DNA of 64,000 nt. Source: a virus. Under the pieces are notes generated by a model that saw only the letters and a program-made list of their open reading frames with translations, did no database searches and was not told the DNA's origin. The stretch lies in IMG/VR virus record IMGVR_UViG_3300025117_000036, positions 57,860-121,859 of that record, one strand, 5' to 3'. The position numbers were made by a program, and so were the translations under genes. Positions 21,501 through 30,812 of the stretch are shown piece after piece; positions within the stretch are counted from its first letter, which is position 1, and each line of letters opens with the position of its first letter.

Positions 21501-23990
21501 AAATCTTTTTTATATAAATCCAAAAGTGAAACGTTATTATTTTTACAAATTTCCATTTTATTTTCTGATTTATCGGCATACCCCTGATCACGCTCCAATC
21601 CAAAATATTCTACAACTAATCCATCTTGTAAAACCCAATCGGCCCTATATTTTCTGTCAAAAAACGGAATAAATTCAGAATATAAAACTTCTTTTGTATA
21701 TGAAATATTATTATCAATAAAAAAATCAGTAATATCTTTTTCTGGAATAGAATAACATAAATCTCCATTTTTAGAAAAGCATCTTTTTCCCATACTGGAA
21801 TCCGAAAATATATCTACATTGGCTAAAACTAAGGCATTTGTATAACTTCCAAAACGATCATAATAAGTGTCAACAGAAGGGAGTCGCCTATCTTTTTGAA
21901 CATCGTCTATGGACGGAGTCCTTCCTAATTCTTCTTCCAATATCTTAAGTGATTGTAATAAATCATCATCTGAAAAATCCATCAATATTTTTCTTTGACG
22001 AAATGGTTCTATTTCCAATATTCTACAGCGTCCTTCAACAAAAATAGCTGATCTTTTTAATTTTCTACCCATTTCTATTGATGTCATATTCACATAATTT
22101 TGTAAAATAAATCTATCTTCTTCATCCGTAGCAAATTTTACAGCAGTAAACTTTTCACCATTGGATTTTATTCTATTTAAACCCATTTCGCGAGCCTTTT
22201 TGCCAATTGCCTTCCAGCTTTTGTTTAATGTTTCGCAAATAAAAATCTTATTTCCGGTTGGAAAATTATCAATCAAAAATTGTTTATCTTCTTCTGTCCA
22301 CCAAAATCCAGATTTTACATTTAGTAAATTAGCCATTCCATGAATACAAGCTTGAGTTCTTCCTAAATCTTTTGCTATTTCTTTATAGGTTTTATGTAAA
22401 GAATTTTTCTTTATATATTCTTTTTCTTCTTCAGAAAAATATCTTGATCCATCCGATTTTATATTTCTTTTTAAACCTAATTCACTTGCCTTACTAGCAA
22501 GAGAACCTTTACTTCTTTTAAATCGTTCAATTAATTTTTCCATTGGCTCTGTTGGATATAATTCTATAAATAAATTTAAATCTTCTTCGCTCCAAACATT
22601 TTTCATATCAATTTTTTATTACTTCCTTATCCATTATTTTATTATCTTATTATTTCATTAAATATAAAACAAAGTCTTCCTTCGGTCTGACCTTTGTGAA
22701 TAGGCTTTAACCGATATAGTCATCTTCTAATCGGCAATATTACAAAAAATTATATCAGTAAATATAATAATTTACAATACCGCCAACCCATGTGTTACCA
22801 CATGTTCTGGCAAAACTTACCAGCTTTGACACAACATCTTGTGTATCTTCCGCTTCCAACTTGAAACCATTAATAATTGCAGTTAAAGCTTCTGTAGATT
22901 CTGCCGCTTCCATATTTCCAAGTTTAGACATCATCATGGTAGAACGCATTAACTCGCTAATTTCTTCTACTGTTTTACCTTGCCTCGCCCACTCCAGGGA
23001 ACCCCGACTAATCTGTAGCGTTGTAGACCCTAGCTCTAAAGCCAACTGATTATATTTACTTGCCAACTGACCAATTTTTTGACTACTCTCCCCCGTAACA
23101 ATTTGAGTATTAGTTAATTCTTTATTCAAATCTCGAATATACTCAATACCATCTCGAATCTTTCTCATAGTACCATAAATTGCCATCGTGCCTACGCCCC
23201 ATACGGCAATTTTCTTAATACCAACATCTAACATCGAAATAAAGTTAAATCCTGATTTATTAGCACTTCTCATTTTCTCGGCGGCTTGGGCAACTGAATT
23301 ACCTAAATTACCAAACGCTATTCTAACATCCTCTAACGTTGCCTTCCCTCTTTTAAATTGATCAAAAATAGCATTATAATCTTTCAACGCAGATTGTATA
23401 TCTGTCTTATTAAAAACGTCTTTATTTTTTATTTTCAATCTTTCTAACGCTTGCTCTTGCCTTTTAATAGCAATTTCTTTTTGACGATCTAATTTTTCAT
23501 TTTGAGCATAAGCCTCACGCAACATTCTTTCTTTTCTCAGATTATATTCTTGATCCATCTGATAAGCAGAACGATACATTTGTTCTTGTTGCTTTGCAAA
23601 TTTTTCAGCTTCTTTTCTTGCTTGATCAATATTTTGAGCGGTACTACGAGATGCTAATTCCCACTTCCCTCCACTTTCGGCAATTTTCAAATACGCTTGT
23701 TGTACCAAATTCAATTTGTCACGATATTGAACGATTGCCCCTGTCACTTCTCCCGATGGGCTTTCAAAAATCTTAACTTTTCCAAATGCTTGCACATCGC
23801 CAAAAAGTTTTTCTACTTCTCTTTTTGCACTTTGAATAGCTTCATGATTTACTCTATCATCAAACAGTACAATTTTTCTTCCCGCCGCTAATTGATTTAA
23901 TGTGGCTTGTACTTTTGAAAACTGTTGTTGAAGTTGTGCTTGATCTACAATCGCTTCAACTATAACTTGATATTTATTACTAGGTGGCAT
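15516..23990 (-). CDS. tape measure protein, four exons: complement(join(15516..19085,20604..20837,21101..21260,22819..23990)), 1711 aa
   Basis: TMP core motifs run continuously across the junctions (VSKLV|ALDNQYATS; KSADSIG|ESFKTIFARL; NAIAG|VRQRENFIALMENY); exon lengths 1172+160+234+3570 = 5136 nt in frame; lies upstream of Dit. Confidence 0.92.
15762..16064 (-). repeat. seven in-frame (S/T)PEMVTGG(FR/RK) peptide repeats near the TMP C-terminus
   Basis: Seen directly in the translation; synonymous codons and linkers vary between copies. Confidence 0.95.
19086..20603 (-). mobile_element. group I intron 3 in the TMP gene (IA-like, carries an endonuclease ORF)
   Basis: P1 CUGGU/GCCAG with U-G at the 5' splice site; P3 GAUGAC/GUCAUC; P4 AUCGGGG/CUCCGAG; R CCGUAACGACCA; S AAGAUAUGGUC; extra stem between P7 and P3. 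Confidence 0.9.
19286..20398 (-). CDS. intron-encoded putative homing endonuclease
   Basis: Tandem Myb/HTH-like W/F-T-x-E repeats, LGRTP...LPS..TY..RFG repeat, C-terminal nuclease-like RVDWVI...FIEFFG. Confidence 0.8.
   Translation of the reverse strand: MGKIKVFTTQDKEYLINNYGKISIDEIAKHINRNKNAIYKLVTELGIGRYQWTENRLEILKELYPYGNYVLLMEKLENNDIDSIRHKASELGIIVEKNRDYTSKEIDFIISNYNLMSYADIAKKLNRTLSAIRTKISKLGFKINQDWTDENIALLKKYYPDYTNKYLCEKYFFNRTPESIRTMALKFGLHKSKEKSVKWYDENIMIQQLQELGNKLGRTPYGSELAAFGLPSMKTYERRFGGYRNACELAQLDANSSLYGESNIYYSLNNDLCFSKSELSITNYLINNSIEYKKEELYNLHCNDKRCGLKRVDWVINKSVFIEFFGMPEKPVYYKRMEEKRSICKDNNIKLIEIYRKDLTKLHTIFSQFL
20838..21100 (-). mobile_element. group I intron 2 in the TMP gene (ORF-less, 263 nt)
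   Basis: 5' splice site UUGGU| with guide GCCG; P3 AAUGGGUA/UAUCCGUU; P4 AUCGGU/ACCGAG; P7 GCGUA/UACGC; ends ...ACAAAAUUG|GAA. Confidence 0.88.
21261..22818 (-). mobile_element. group I intron 1 in the TMP gene (carries an endonuclease ORF)
   Basis: P1 CUGGU/GCCAG; P3 GAUGAC/GUCAUC; R CUACAGACUG; S AAUAUACAGUC; ends UAACAGAUUG|G, rebuilding a GTG Val codon. Confidence 0.92.
21461..22606 (-). CDS. intron-encoded putative homing endonuclease
   Basis: Same architecture as 19286-20398: WSEED/WTEED repeats, LGRTPS...LPSVDTYYDRFG, C-terminal RADWVL...VVEYFG. Confidence 0.8.
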   Translation of the reverse strand: MKNVWSEEDLNLFIELYPTEPMEKLIERFKRSKGSLASKASELGLKRNIKSDGSRYFSEEEKEYIKKNSLHKTYKEIAKDLGRTQACIHGMANLLNVKSGFWWTEEDKQFLIDNFPTGNKIFICETLNKSWKAIGKKAREMGLNRIKSNGEKFTAVKFATDEEDRFILQNYVNMTSIEMGRKLKRSAIFVEGRCRILEIEPFRQRKILMDFSDDDLLQSLKILEEELGRTPSIDDVQKDRRLPSVDTYYDRFGSYTNALVLANVDIFSDSSMGKRCFSKNGDLCYSIPEKDITDFFIDNNISYTKEVLYSEFIPFFDRKYRADWVLQDGLVVEYFGLERDQGYADKSENKMEICKNNNVSLLDLYKKDLSNLLFIFEEYIH

Positions 23991-24020
23991 TAAAAACCTC
24001 CCTTCTTATAAAATTTATTT

Positions 24021-25034
24021 TTATAAATTAAACATGGTATCAATAACTTCTTCGGTATGATCCTTAGAGTAATCTAGAGTTGTCTTAGGGTCTGAGTGAT
24101 GTAAAAATATTTGAACTTGCTCTAATGGAAATTTTTTAGGAAGACCAGTATTTTTATCTATAATTCTGGTATCTGCACCTTGCAACATACATTCCGTTCG
24201 ACTATGCCTATAAGAATGGGGAAAAATATTTATTTCTTTTCCTTCCAATTCGGTTATAACTTTACGAATTTTCATAGTCCATTCATATAGAATCTCATAT
24301 GATGCTTCTCGCTTATTTTCACCCTTTCCTACAACCCATAAACAGTCTATATTATCTTCACCTCTTTCATCTAACCATTGTCTAATCAATTCTTTTGTAT
24401 CATCTAAATATACTAAAGAAAATACCTTTCCTCGTTTTCCTATTACCGAATTAGTTTTATTTCCATTTAATAAATTATATTTTTTTATTTGAGCAACTTC
24501 GTTTCGTCTTGCCCCACTATCAAACATAATCATATGAAGTACGGCAAGCTGTATTTCTCCCATTTCAATTAGCTTTTGCCGCACTCGCATAATCTGATCA
24601 AAAGTCATAAAAAAATCATTCTCGTCTGTTCTTACTCTTTCTTTAGGCAAACCTTTTACTTTCTTTGCGACATTGGTTAAATACTCATATTCATCACTGT
24701 CTTCAATATAAGTTAACATAGACCGACACGCACTCATTATGCGATTTGTTCTAGCATTAGACATTTGACAGTCATCACTTAACCAGAGACTCAATTTTCT
24801 AAAATCTTTTTTAGATAAATTTAAAAAGAATTGATTATCGCAAAATCTTTTTACAAACAATGCAATAATCCTAAGATCGTTTGCATACTGCATTAATGTA
24901 GTTTTCTTTATTTTTCTCTGACGATACTCTTGAAGAAAATCGTCAATTATTTCTAAATTTTCTACATTAACCAATTTATATTCTTCTTCGTTATAAATTC
25001 TATTATAAATTTGTTTTTTTTTCATTTTTTCCAT
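24021..25034 (-). CDS. tyrosine recombinase (XerC/D-integrase family)
   Basis: SGARRNEV (R), IGKRGK (K), PHSYRH (HxxR), LHHS, TTLDY (catalytic Y). Confidence 0.93.
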   Translation of the reverse strand: MEKMKKKQIYNRIYNEEEYKLVNVENLEIIDDFLQEYRQRKIKKTTLMQYANDLRIIALFVKRFCDNQFFLNLSKKDFRKLSLWLSDDCQMSNARTNRIMSACRSMLTYIEDSDEYEYLTNVAKKVKGLPKERVRTDENDFFMTFDQIMRVRQKLIEMGEIQLAVLHMIMFDSGARRNEVAQIKKYNLLNGNKTNSVIGKRGKVFSLVYLDDTKELIRQWLDERGEDNIDCLWVVGKGENKREASYEILYEWTMKIRKVITELEGKEINIFPHSYRHSRTECMLQGADTRIIDKNTGLPKKFPLEQVQIFLHHSDPKTTLDYSKDHTEEVIDTMFNL

Positions 25035-25501
25035 TCTCGTTTCTTTATTATTCCTTTATCCAACATATAACAAAGACCGACTCCACATGCATCAGATTGA
25101 TCATCATTTTCAAAATTTAAATAGGGCCATCTTTCTTTTATTTCTCTTTGTACATCTTTTTTATCGGCCCTCCCGTTACCCGTAACTGCTTTTTTCACAG
25201 TTGACGGAGCATAAAATAGTTGCTCACAATCCCAAAAAACATAAGAAATTACACCAATAACTTTGAATAATGCTTGAGTACTAATGGAATAACGAGAAAA
25301 ACCTTGTTCAAAGACAACAATATTTGTCGGATATTTTTCCCTAAGTTTTAGAAAAAAATCAGCAATTATTTTTAATCTATTTGCATGATTATATTTTGCA
25401 TTTGTTTGGATACTAAATACTTGCTTTGGTTTTCCTGTTTCAGATTCAAAAATACAAATTCCAGTATTGGCAAGAGATGAATCTATTGAATATATGTACA
25501 T
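25022..25501 (-). CDS. ruvC: RuvC-like Holliday junction resolvase
   Basis: SIDSSLANTG, VVFEQ, PSTVKKAVTGNGRADKKDV, DDQSDA. Confidence 0.9.
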   Translation of the reverse strand: MYIYSIDSSLANTGICIFESETGKPKQVFSIQTNAKYNHANRLKIIADFFLKLREKYPTNIVVFEQGFSRYSISTQALFKVIGVISYVFWDCEQLFYAPSTVKKAVTGNGRADKKDVQREIKERWPYLNFENDDQSDACGVGLCYMLDKGIIKKREWKK

Positions 25502-25532
25502 AAAAATTCCTTTAAATTTTAAAATTTAAAAA

Positions 25533-25562
25533 AAAAGAGTATGCCAAAGGGCATACTCTTTT
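25533..25562 (-). terminator. intrinsic terminator
   Basis: AAAAGAGTATGCC-loop-GGCATACTCTTTT with a long T run on the minus strand. Confidence 0.7.
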
Positions 25563-25582
25563 AATAAAAATAATTATTTTTA

Positions 25583-25888
25583 TTATTGCTTTTTACTTGT
25601 GAGTTTATCAAACTCATGGGCCTTAGTTCCTAAAAATACAGTTGTAAAAATCATCGCTACAATTGCAAAAATTGGAGCGATTTGATTTAAAATATCTGTT
25701 GGAACATATGTAACAGTAAAATAACCAGCCAAAGCAATAACCGCGGCTACTACAAAAAATACCCACTTTCTAGCTTCGGATGCTAATTCTTGATATTTTC
25801 CACTTCTTTCTAAAATAAAACTGGCTACCACAGCACTTCCACCTGAAGCGAATAGCCAAGTTAAAAATTGAACTAATGTCATTGTCAT
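25583..25888 (-). CDS. holin-like membrane protein
   Basis: 101 aa, three hydrophobic segments, basic C-terminus. Confidence 0.6.
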   Translation of the reverse strand: MTMTLVQFLTWLFASGGSAVVASFILERSGKYQELASEARKWVFFVVAAVIALAGYFTVTYVPTDILNQIAPIFAIVAMIFTTVFLGTKAHEFDKLTSKKQ

Positions 25889-25901
25889 AAATAGTTTCTC
25901 C

Positions 25902-26408
25902 TTAAACTTTAATATAAACTATTCCTCTTTTTTTAAATTCACTTTCTAGAATTTTATTAACTGTGCCATTTTCAAGCATTTCTAAAAAAGGAGTCCAAAA
26001 GTCTCTTGCGGCTGTCCAAAAACCGCTTCCGAAAAGTGGGCCTGAACCACCACCAGCAACTAAATCAATCAGCATATCGCGAATATCATCTCCTCCAATC
26101 CAATAATTAGAGCCGTGTATAAAATCATCGGGATCATGAGAAAGTAAATCTGAATCGGCATAAATTTGATAAGAAATTCCTCGTCCACTAGACTTTAAAG
26201 GTTTCTTCTCCCACATTCCCAATAACCCTCCTGAATCTCCTTGTCGCGCATATGCCTTTGGACTATTAGCCTGATAAATAATTGTATCGATTAATCCTGC
26301 ATCATCGGCCAATAAATCTAATAATTTTTGTGCTACACTTTCCATAACGCCACTCATTATAGAAACTAAACCTTTAGTTAATTGTTCATCATTATAATAT
26401 TGTGGCAT
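25902..26408 (-). CDS. putative neck / tail-completion protein
   Basis: IIYQANSPKAYARQG and ARDFW motifs; structural-module context. Confidence 0.45.
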   Translation of the reverse strand: MPQYYNDEQLTKGLVSIMSGVMESVAQKLLDLLADDAGLIDTIIYQANSPKAYARQGDSGGLLGMWEKKPLKSSGRGISYQIYADSDLLSHDPDDFIHGSNYWIGGDDIRDMLIDLVAGGGSGPLFGSGFWTAARDFWTPFLEMLENGTVNKILESEFKKRGIVYIKV

Positions 26409-26415
26409 TTATAAT

Positions 26416-26694
26416 TCACTCCTCATCTACAAAGTTTTCTTTTTTATTATTCTGACAACCCTTTTGTTTATATTCTTTTTTATATTCGCAAACACTACAA
26501 AAAAGATATTTTTTGAAATAAGTAACTCCATCTGAAATTTTTTTATCAACAATTAACACTAAAGAATTTTCTTCACATTCAGGACACTTTTTATGATAAC
26601 CATTATTAAAAGAATCTTCTTTATCTTCATAATATTTATTTTTGCTTTTGCTTTTGCTTTTGCTTTTGTGTTTAGCAAACTTATTCTTCTTCAT
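26416..26694 (-). CDS. basic zinc-ribbon protein
   Basis: CPEC...CSVC, KS repeats. Confidence 0.6.
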   Translation of the reverse strand: MKKNKFAKHKSKSKSKSKNKYYEDKEDSFNNGYHKKCPECEENSLVLIVDKKISDGVTYFKKYLFCSVCEYKKEYKQKGCQNNKKENFVDEE

Positions 26695-26707
26695 GATGAA
26701 ATTAAAA

Positions 26708-27349
26708 TTATTGAACCTTTTTCTTTCTTGGTTTCCTTACAGGCTCCGCAGAAGGAGTTTCTTTTCTAGGCTTGCCTGTTTCTGTAAGACCTGGATATTT
26801 TTTATTTAATTCATCTAAATTATTTGTAAATTCTTTAGATATATTTTTTAGTGTATCCACATCAATGTTTTTAATTTTATCCAGTAAATCAATTACTTTG
26901 ATAGAAATGTCATTAACAATTTTACCTACAGAATTACTTAGAAGAATTTCTGTTTCTTTAATTTTAACAACTTCATTTAATTCTTTTTCAAATTCTGAAT
27001 AATTGTAAATTTCCGAAACCAATTTTCCCCATAATCCACTATTATATACTAAATCTATACTCAAACTTTCCACATCAATATTTGTCAATCTCTCAACAAT
27101 TTCTAAAATTAGCATATATTTACTTGCTATATATTTAGTGGATATATTTTCTTCTACGTTATCTTCGTATAAACAATTGATATAATTTTGAATTATTTCT
27201 ACCTTATTGGAAATAGAAATATACGGAATTAAACTTATTTTATATGTTTCTTCTCCGATATCAAACCTTATTACTTTTTCAGCAATAGGAGCCAAATCAA
27301 TTTTTGACTTTTCGATTTCGCTTTTTTCATTTTTACTTTTAGCTGGCAT
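26708..27349 (-). CDS. hypothetical protein
   Basis: 213-aa operonic ORF. Confidence 0.75.
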   Translation of the reverse strand: MPAKSKNEKSEIEKSKIDLAPIAEKVIRFDIGEETYKISLIPYISISNKVEIIQNYINCLYEDNVEENISTKYIASKYMLILEIVERLTNIDVESLSIDLVYNSGLWGKLVSEIYNYSEFEKELNEVVKIKETEILLSNSVGKIVNDISIKVIDLLDKIKNIDVDTLKNISKEFTNNLDELNKKYPGLTETGKPRKETPSAEPVRKPRKKKVQ

Positions 27350-27361
27350 GAAAATTACCCT

Positions 27362-27823
27362 TTATTTTAAAAAATTTTTTATATGATCAAAATTAGAGCG
27401 TACAATTTCAAAAATTGCAGTAGCAATCCCCAATAACCATATAATCTTATTTGACAAAACTTCTTTGATAATTAATCTAATATCAATTTTATTTTTTTCT
27501 TCTGCTTCATCAAATCTTTTTTTTACTCCCCCAATTTCAACCTTTAATTCAGAAGTCAACTGACCAACTGTTTTAATTTCATATCGCATAGAAGCTAATG
27601 TATCTCCCATACTATTCATAACCTGAATATTTTTTTCAAAAGCGGTTTCCAATCGACATAATACAGCTTCTAAAACGTTGCCTTGAGTATCTATATTATT
27701 AATTGAAACTCTCATATCTTCCACTCTGTCTTCTAGTCTATCTACGCGCTCAAATAAATGTTTTACGTCATTACATGCTGTTACACATCTAGGGTTATCA
27801 TTGCTTTGATCTGTCATAAGCAT
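27362..27823 (-). CDS. coiled-coil protein with C-terminal TM helix (XhlA/holin-like)
   Basis: RVDRLEDRVED coiled coil; IIWLLGIATAIF. Confidence 0.5.
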   Translation of the reverse strand: MLMTDQSNDNPRCVTACNDVKHLFERVDRLEDRVEDMRVSINNIDTQGNVLEAVLCRLETAFEKNIQVMNSMGDTLASMRYEIKTVGQLTSELKVEIGGVKKRFDEAEEKNKIDIRLIIKEVLSNKIIWLLGIATAIFEIVRSNFDHIKNFLK

Positions 27824-27918
27824 TTACCCCCACGTTCTAAAATTATTTAAGTTTTTATTATCGAGCATAATTCAATATGACACCTCGCTAGTTCTTTTAT
27901 TTATTATATTTCTACTTA

Positions 27919-28776
27919 CTATGTTTCTATTTGCATCTCCCACAATTTCTCAATTTCCTCTTTGGAAATATCGTTTAATTTTGCTTTCCACCCGTAAAAT
28001 TCTATTGCGGCTTCATTGTAGGCTAGAGCAGCTTCGAGTTCTGTTGGGAAGTAACCAATGTGTAATTTCTTTCTATTATAAGTCAATTGCGACCCCCATT
28101 TATTTTTACATTTCTGATAATAAACACCAATATATTTACTTGTAGAAACCATATTCTTCTTGCGTCCTAATTGAATGCGTGATATTTTATCAGTTATTTC
28201 TTTATTAAGAGATAATCCAAATCGACAATTCTTTTCACCCTTTCTTGATTCTGATATTCGTCGCCTAGTTTCTTCTGAAGCCGGTTCTCTTTTATTTCTA
28301 GAAATACGCATCTTATGAAGGGTATTTTCAGTATGTTTTTTTCCAAACCAAACACTGTTTTTTCCTCCATTAGCCATTGACAATTTTTGTTTAGTTTCTT
28401 CTGATTTCGGCTTTCCCTTATTTATATCAGATAACTTTTTTCTTGTTTCTACCGATGGGTCTAAAAGGCCATCACCCCCTCTTGTGAGATTATACCCTTC
28501 ACCATCATCTCGATAAGAATTGTAATAAGAAATCCAATAAATTTCCATTAATGGCAAGTTTTCATTAGAACATTCTTGAATTATCCAATATTTAAAAATA
28601 TCTTTGCCATATTTATTATATATATTTTGGAGATATCCATTATCGTGTCTATTCAATCTTAATTCACTGTGATGCTTTTTCCATCTTCTAAATATGTTTT
28701 TGGCATAACCTATGTACTTTTTTCCATTTAATATATTCTCTATACAATATATTCCACTTATTATATTCTTTTTCAT
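27919..28776 (-). CDS. GIY-YIG homing endonuclease with NUMOD3 repeats and AP2-like domain
   Basis: SGIYCIEN...KYIG, GYNLTRGG, SEETKQKLS repeats, SKYIGV...HIGYFPTELEAALAYNEAA. Confidence 0.95.
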   Translation of the reverse strand: MKKNIISGIYCIENILNGKKYIGYAKNIFRRWKKHHSELRLNRHDNGYLQNIYNKYGKDIFKYWIIQECSNENLPLMEIYWISYYNSYRDDGEGYNLTRGGDGLLDPSVETRKKLSDINKGKPKSEETKQKLSMANGGKNSVWFGKKHTENTLHKMRISRNKREPASEETRRRISESRKGEKNCRFGLSLNKEITDKISRIQLGRKKNMVSTSKYIGVYYQKCKNKWGSQLTYNRKKLHIGYFPTELEAALAYNEAAIEFYGWKAKLNDISKEEIEKLWEMQIET

Positions 28777-28821
28777 TTTCTCTGATTTTCCTTTTTTATA
28801 AATTACTTATTATAAATTATA

Positions 28822-28900
28822 TTCTCTGAATTAAATTAAAAAGGGGAAGGTTGTCAGAGAAGCAACTTTTCGGTAGAGTAATTACTTCTACCTATCCCCT
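28822..28900 (-). ncRNA. candidate cis-regulatory three-way-junction RNA upstream of the GIY-YIG gene
   Basis: AGGGGA/UCCCCU closing stem, GGUAG/CUACC stem, GAAA junction, GUUG/CAAC stem whose loop UUCUCUGA is complementary to downstream UCAGAGAA. Confidence 0.6.
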
Positions 28901-28957
28901 ATTTTTTATTTTACCATAAAGTTACAAATTTGTTTAACTTTAATTTATAAATTTATG

Positions 28958-29983
28958 TTAAGCTTGTGCTTGTACTGTCATGGTGTCTGTTAAAGACCCG
29001 CTGGTGCTATCATAATAAGTACTCGTAATCACACAAGTACTATCTGCCAGAACAGCAGAAGTAGCAGTAATTAATCCGGCGGCACTTACCGTAAAGGTAG
29101 TACAACCTGAAGTTCGGGTAAAACTACAGGAAGTCGTAACATTCACGTTCGCGTATGTGCCCCCTCTGATCCCAAGAACCGTAATTTGAGAAGTATCGGG
29201 AAGATCACTCACATCGAAAGTAACAGTACTGGGGGTGGCCGCAATGTCCGTATATGCCACCGAGGTAGTACTTGCGGGAACCCACCAAACTTTGTAGTAA
29301 TAATCTCCGCCTGTAGCTGCTTCCACAACAGCAGTACCTTCCAGGTTATCACTCGATACACCATTAGCATTCAAACTCATATTATAGTTACCAGACAGGT
29401 TAAAGTTTGGAATATCAATAATCAAATCATAAGTTTTAGTATTTGATGCATCTCTTACTTCACTAATAAGAGTTAGGTGAATACCAGTTGGAGGTAGTGT
29501 AGCATAACCTACAACCTGATCAACCAGAGTTTCACTATAATCATAAATACAGTCAACGGTTTGATTTAAACCACCAGAAACAGTAATAACCGCCCCTGAA
29601 GGAGTAATATTTTGAATTGTGCCGTTAGGGAGAATTACACCAACGGTTGAACTAGTTGGAGTTTCAGAAAGAGTGACAGAACCACCACTTAATGTTTTCG
29701 ATTCTTTCTTACAAACAGTATAGGTACTGTTAGTAACAGTAGTACCCGCATTTAATGCAATAATCGATTTATTAAATGTTGCGGATTCAACCTTAACAGA
29801 AACTTCACGATCATGATAATAAGTATACAATAGTGGGTTGTTAATACCACCACGCACATCTGTTTTTTGAGTAGTAATTCCAAACGCACTAGTAATATTA
29901 GCTTTGCCTAGAAATAGTAAAGCATCAGTGGTTGCGTCTCTACCAATTACATCAGCCACACTAACTAAAAATTCATTTGCCAT
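28958..29983 (-). CDS. major tail tube protein with C-terminal Ig-like domain
   Basis: FLVSVADV, DVRGGINNPLLYTYYHD, IDIPNFNLSG; C-terminal Big-like FTVSAAGLITA. Confidence 0.8.
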   Translation of the reverse strand: MANEFLVSVADVIGRDATTDALLFLGKANITSAFGITTQKTDVRGGINNPLLYTYYHDREVSVKVESATFNKSIIALNAGTTVTNSTYTVCKKESKTLSGGSVTLSETPTSSTVGVILPNGTIQNITPSGAVITVSGGLNQTVDCIYDYSETLVDQVVGYATLPPTGIHLTLISEVRDASNTKTYDLIIDIPNFNLSGNYNMSLNANGVSSDNLEGTAVVEAATGGDYYYKVWWVPASTTSVAYTDIAATPSTVTFDVSDLPDTSQITVLGIRGGTYANVNVTTSCSFTRTSGCTTFTVSAAGLITATSAVLADSTCVITSTYYDSTSGSLTDTMTVQAQA

Positions 29984-30014
29984 ATTTTACGCTCTCCTTT
30001 TAAAATTTATAAAT

Positions 30015-30812
30015 TTATACATTACCTAATTTCCCTCCATCTACCATTTCTGGATGCTCAGTAAGATAAGCATCAGTCGAAACCAAAATACTAGAGTATC
30101 TTCCTTTTTTATCAATTGGAGATAGGAAGTGTTTTATGATTTCTGAACCATTTTTAGATTTTATTTGACCAGAAATTTCCAGAGGGGAGTAAAGATTATG
30201 ATTATAAGACAATATTAATCTTTCAAAATGCTTGTTAAATTGATATAATGTATAGTCTTCAATTTCATGTATAGTCTTATGCATTATTGAACAAAATGCC
30301 CATATTTCATCCTCTAATGATAAATTCGAAAATTTACGAGAACTATATTGCAGAACTTTTTCCAACTCAGGATGATATTCTTCTACATATTCAACAGATG
30401 ATCCGTTTTGATTTAAGATAATTTCTCGTATAACTTCAAATTCTTGTTCTGTAAAAACAGTTGCGCCAATTTTTATACTAATCTCTAGCGATACATCAGA
30501 AAACCCTATGTATACATCGTCATCGTGTTTAGTAATAATTTCTAAAAACCTTATCAATGAAACATCTAAAGATTCGCCCAAATCTTTACTCCATTGAGAA
30601 TTAATGTATATTAATAAAAACTTTAAATATGATGCTTTAATTATTTCTTTTTGAGAAATAAAGTCTTTTGGATATTGAAAAATTTTATAATATAAACTTT
30701 GGGCCTCAAAATCTTTTAATTTTATCGGATAAAATTCTACACCTTTATATATTTGAGGAAGTCCAAACATATCGTTCTTATTATTATAAAACTTTTTTGT
30801 AATTTTTCTCAT
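30015..30812 (-). CDS. conserved tail-module protein (possible assembly chaperone)
   Basis: FYPIKLKD, IREIILNQN, IEDYTLYQF; adjacent to the tail tube gene. Confidence 0.5.
   Translation of the reverse strand: MRKITKKFYNNKNDMFGLPQIYKGVEFYPIKLKDFEAQSLYYKIFQYPKDFISQKEIIKASYLKFLLIYINSQWSKDLGESLDVSLIRFLEIITKHDDDVYIGFSDVSLEISIKIGATVFTEQEFEVIREIILNQNGSSVEYVEEYHPELEKVLQYSSRKFSNLSLEDEIWAFCSIMHKTIHEIEDYTLYQFNKHFERLILSYNHNLYSPLEISGQIKSKNGSEIIKHFLSPIDKKGRYSSILVSTDAYLTEHPEMVDGGKLGNV

Noticed and set aside
15516-23990. TMP as a pseudogene or as three separate genes
   Set aside because: Group I cores and frame-restoring splice sites explain the breaks. The ORF-track ends SFARTCG... and KNRMPEH... and the start MAITKL are intron sequence.
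27919-28776. GIY-YIG gene as part of a fourth intron
   Set aside because: The flanking genes are intact and no P3/P7 core was found, so it is treated as free-standing.
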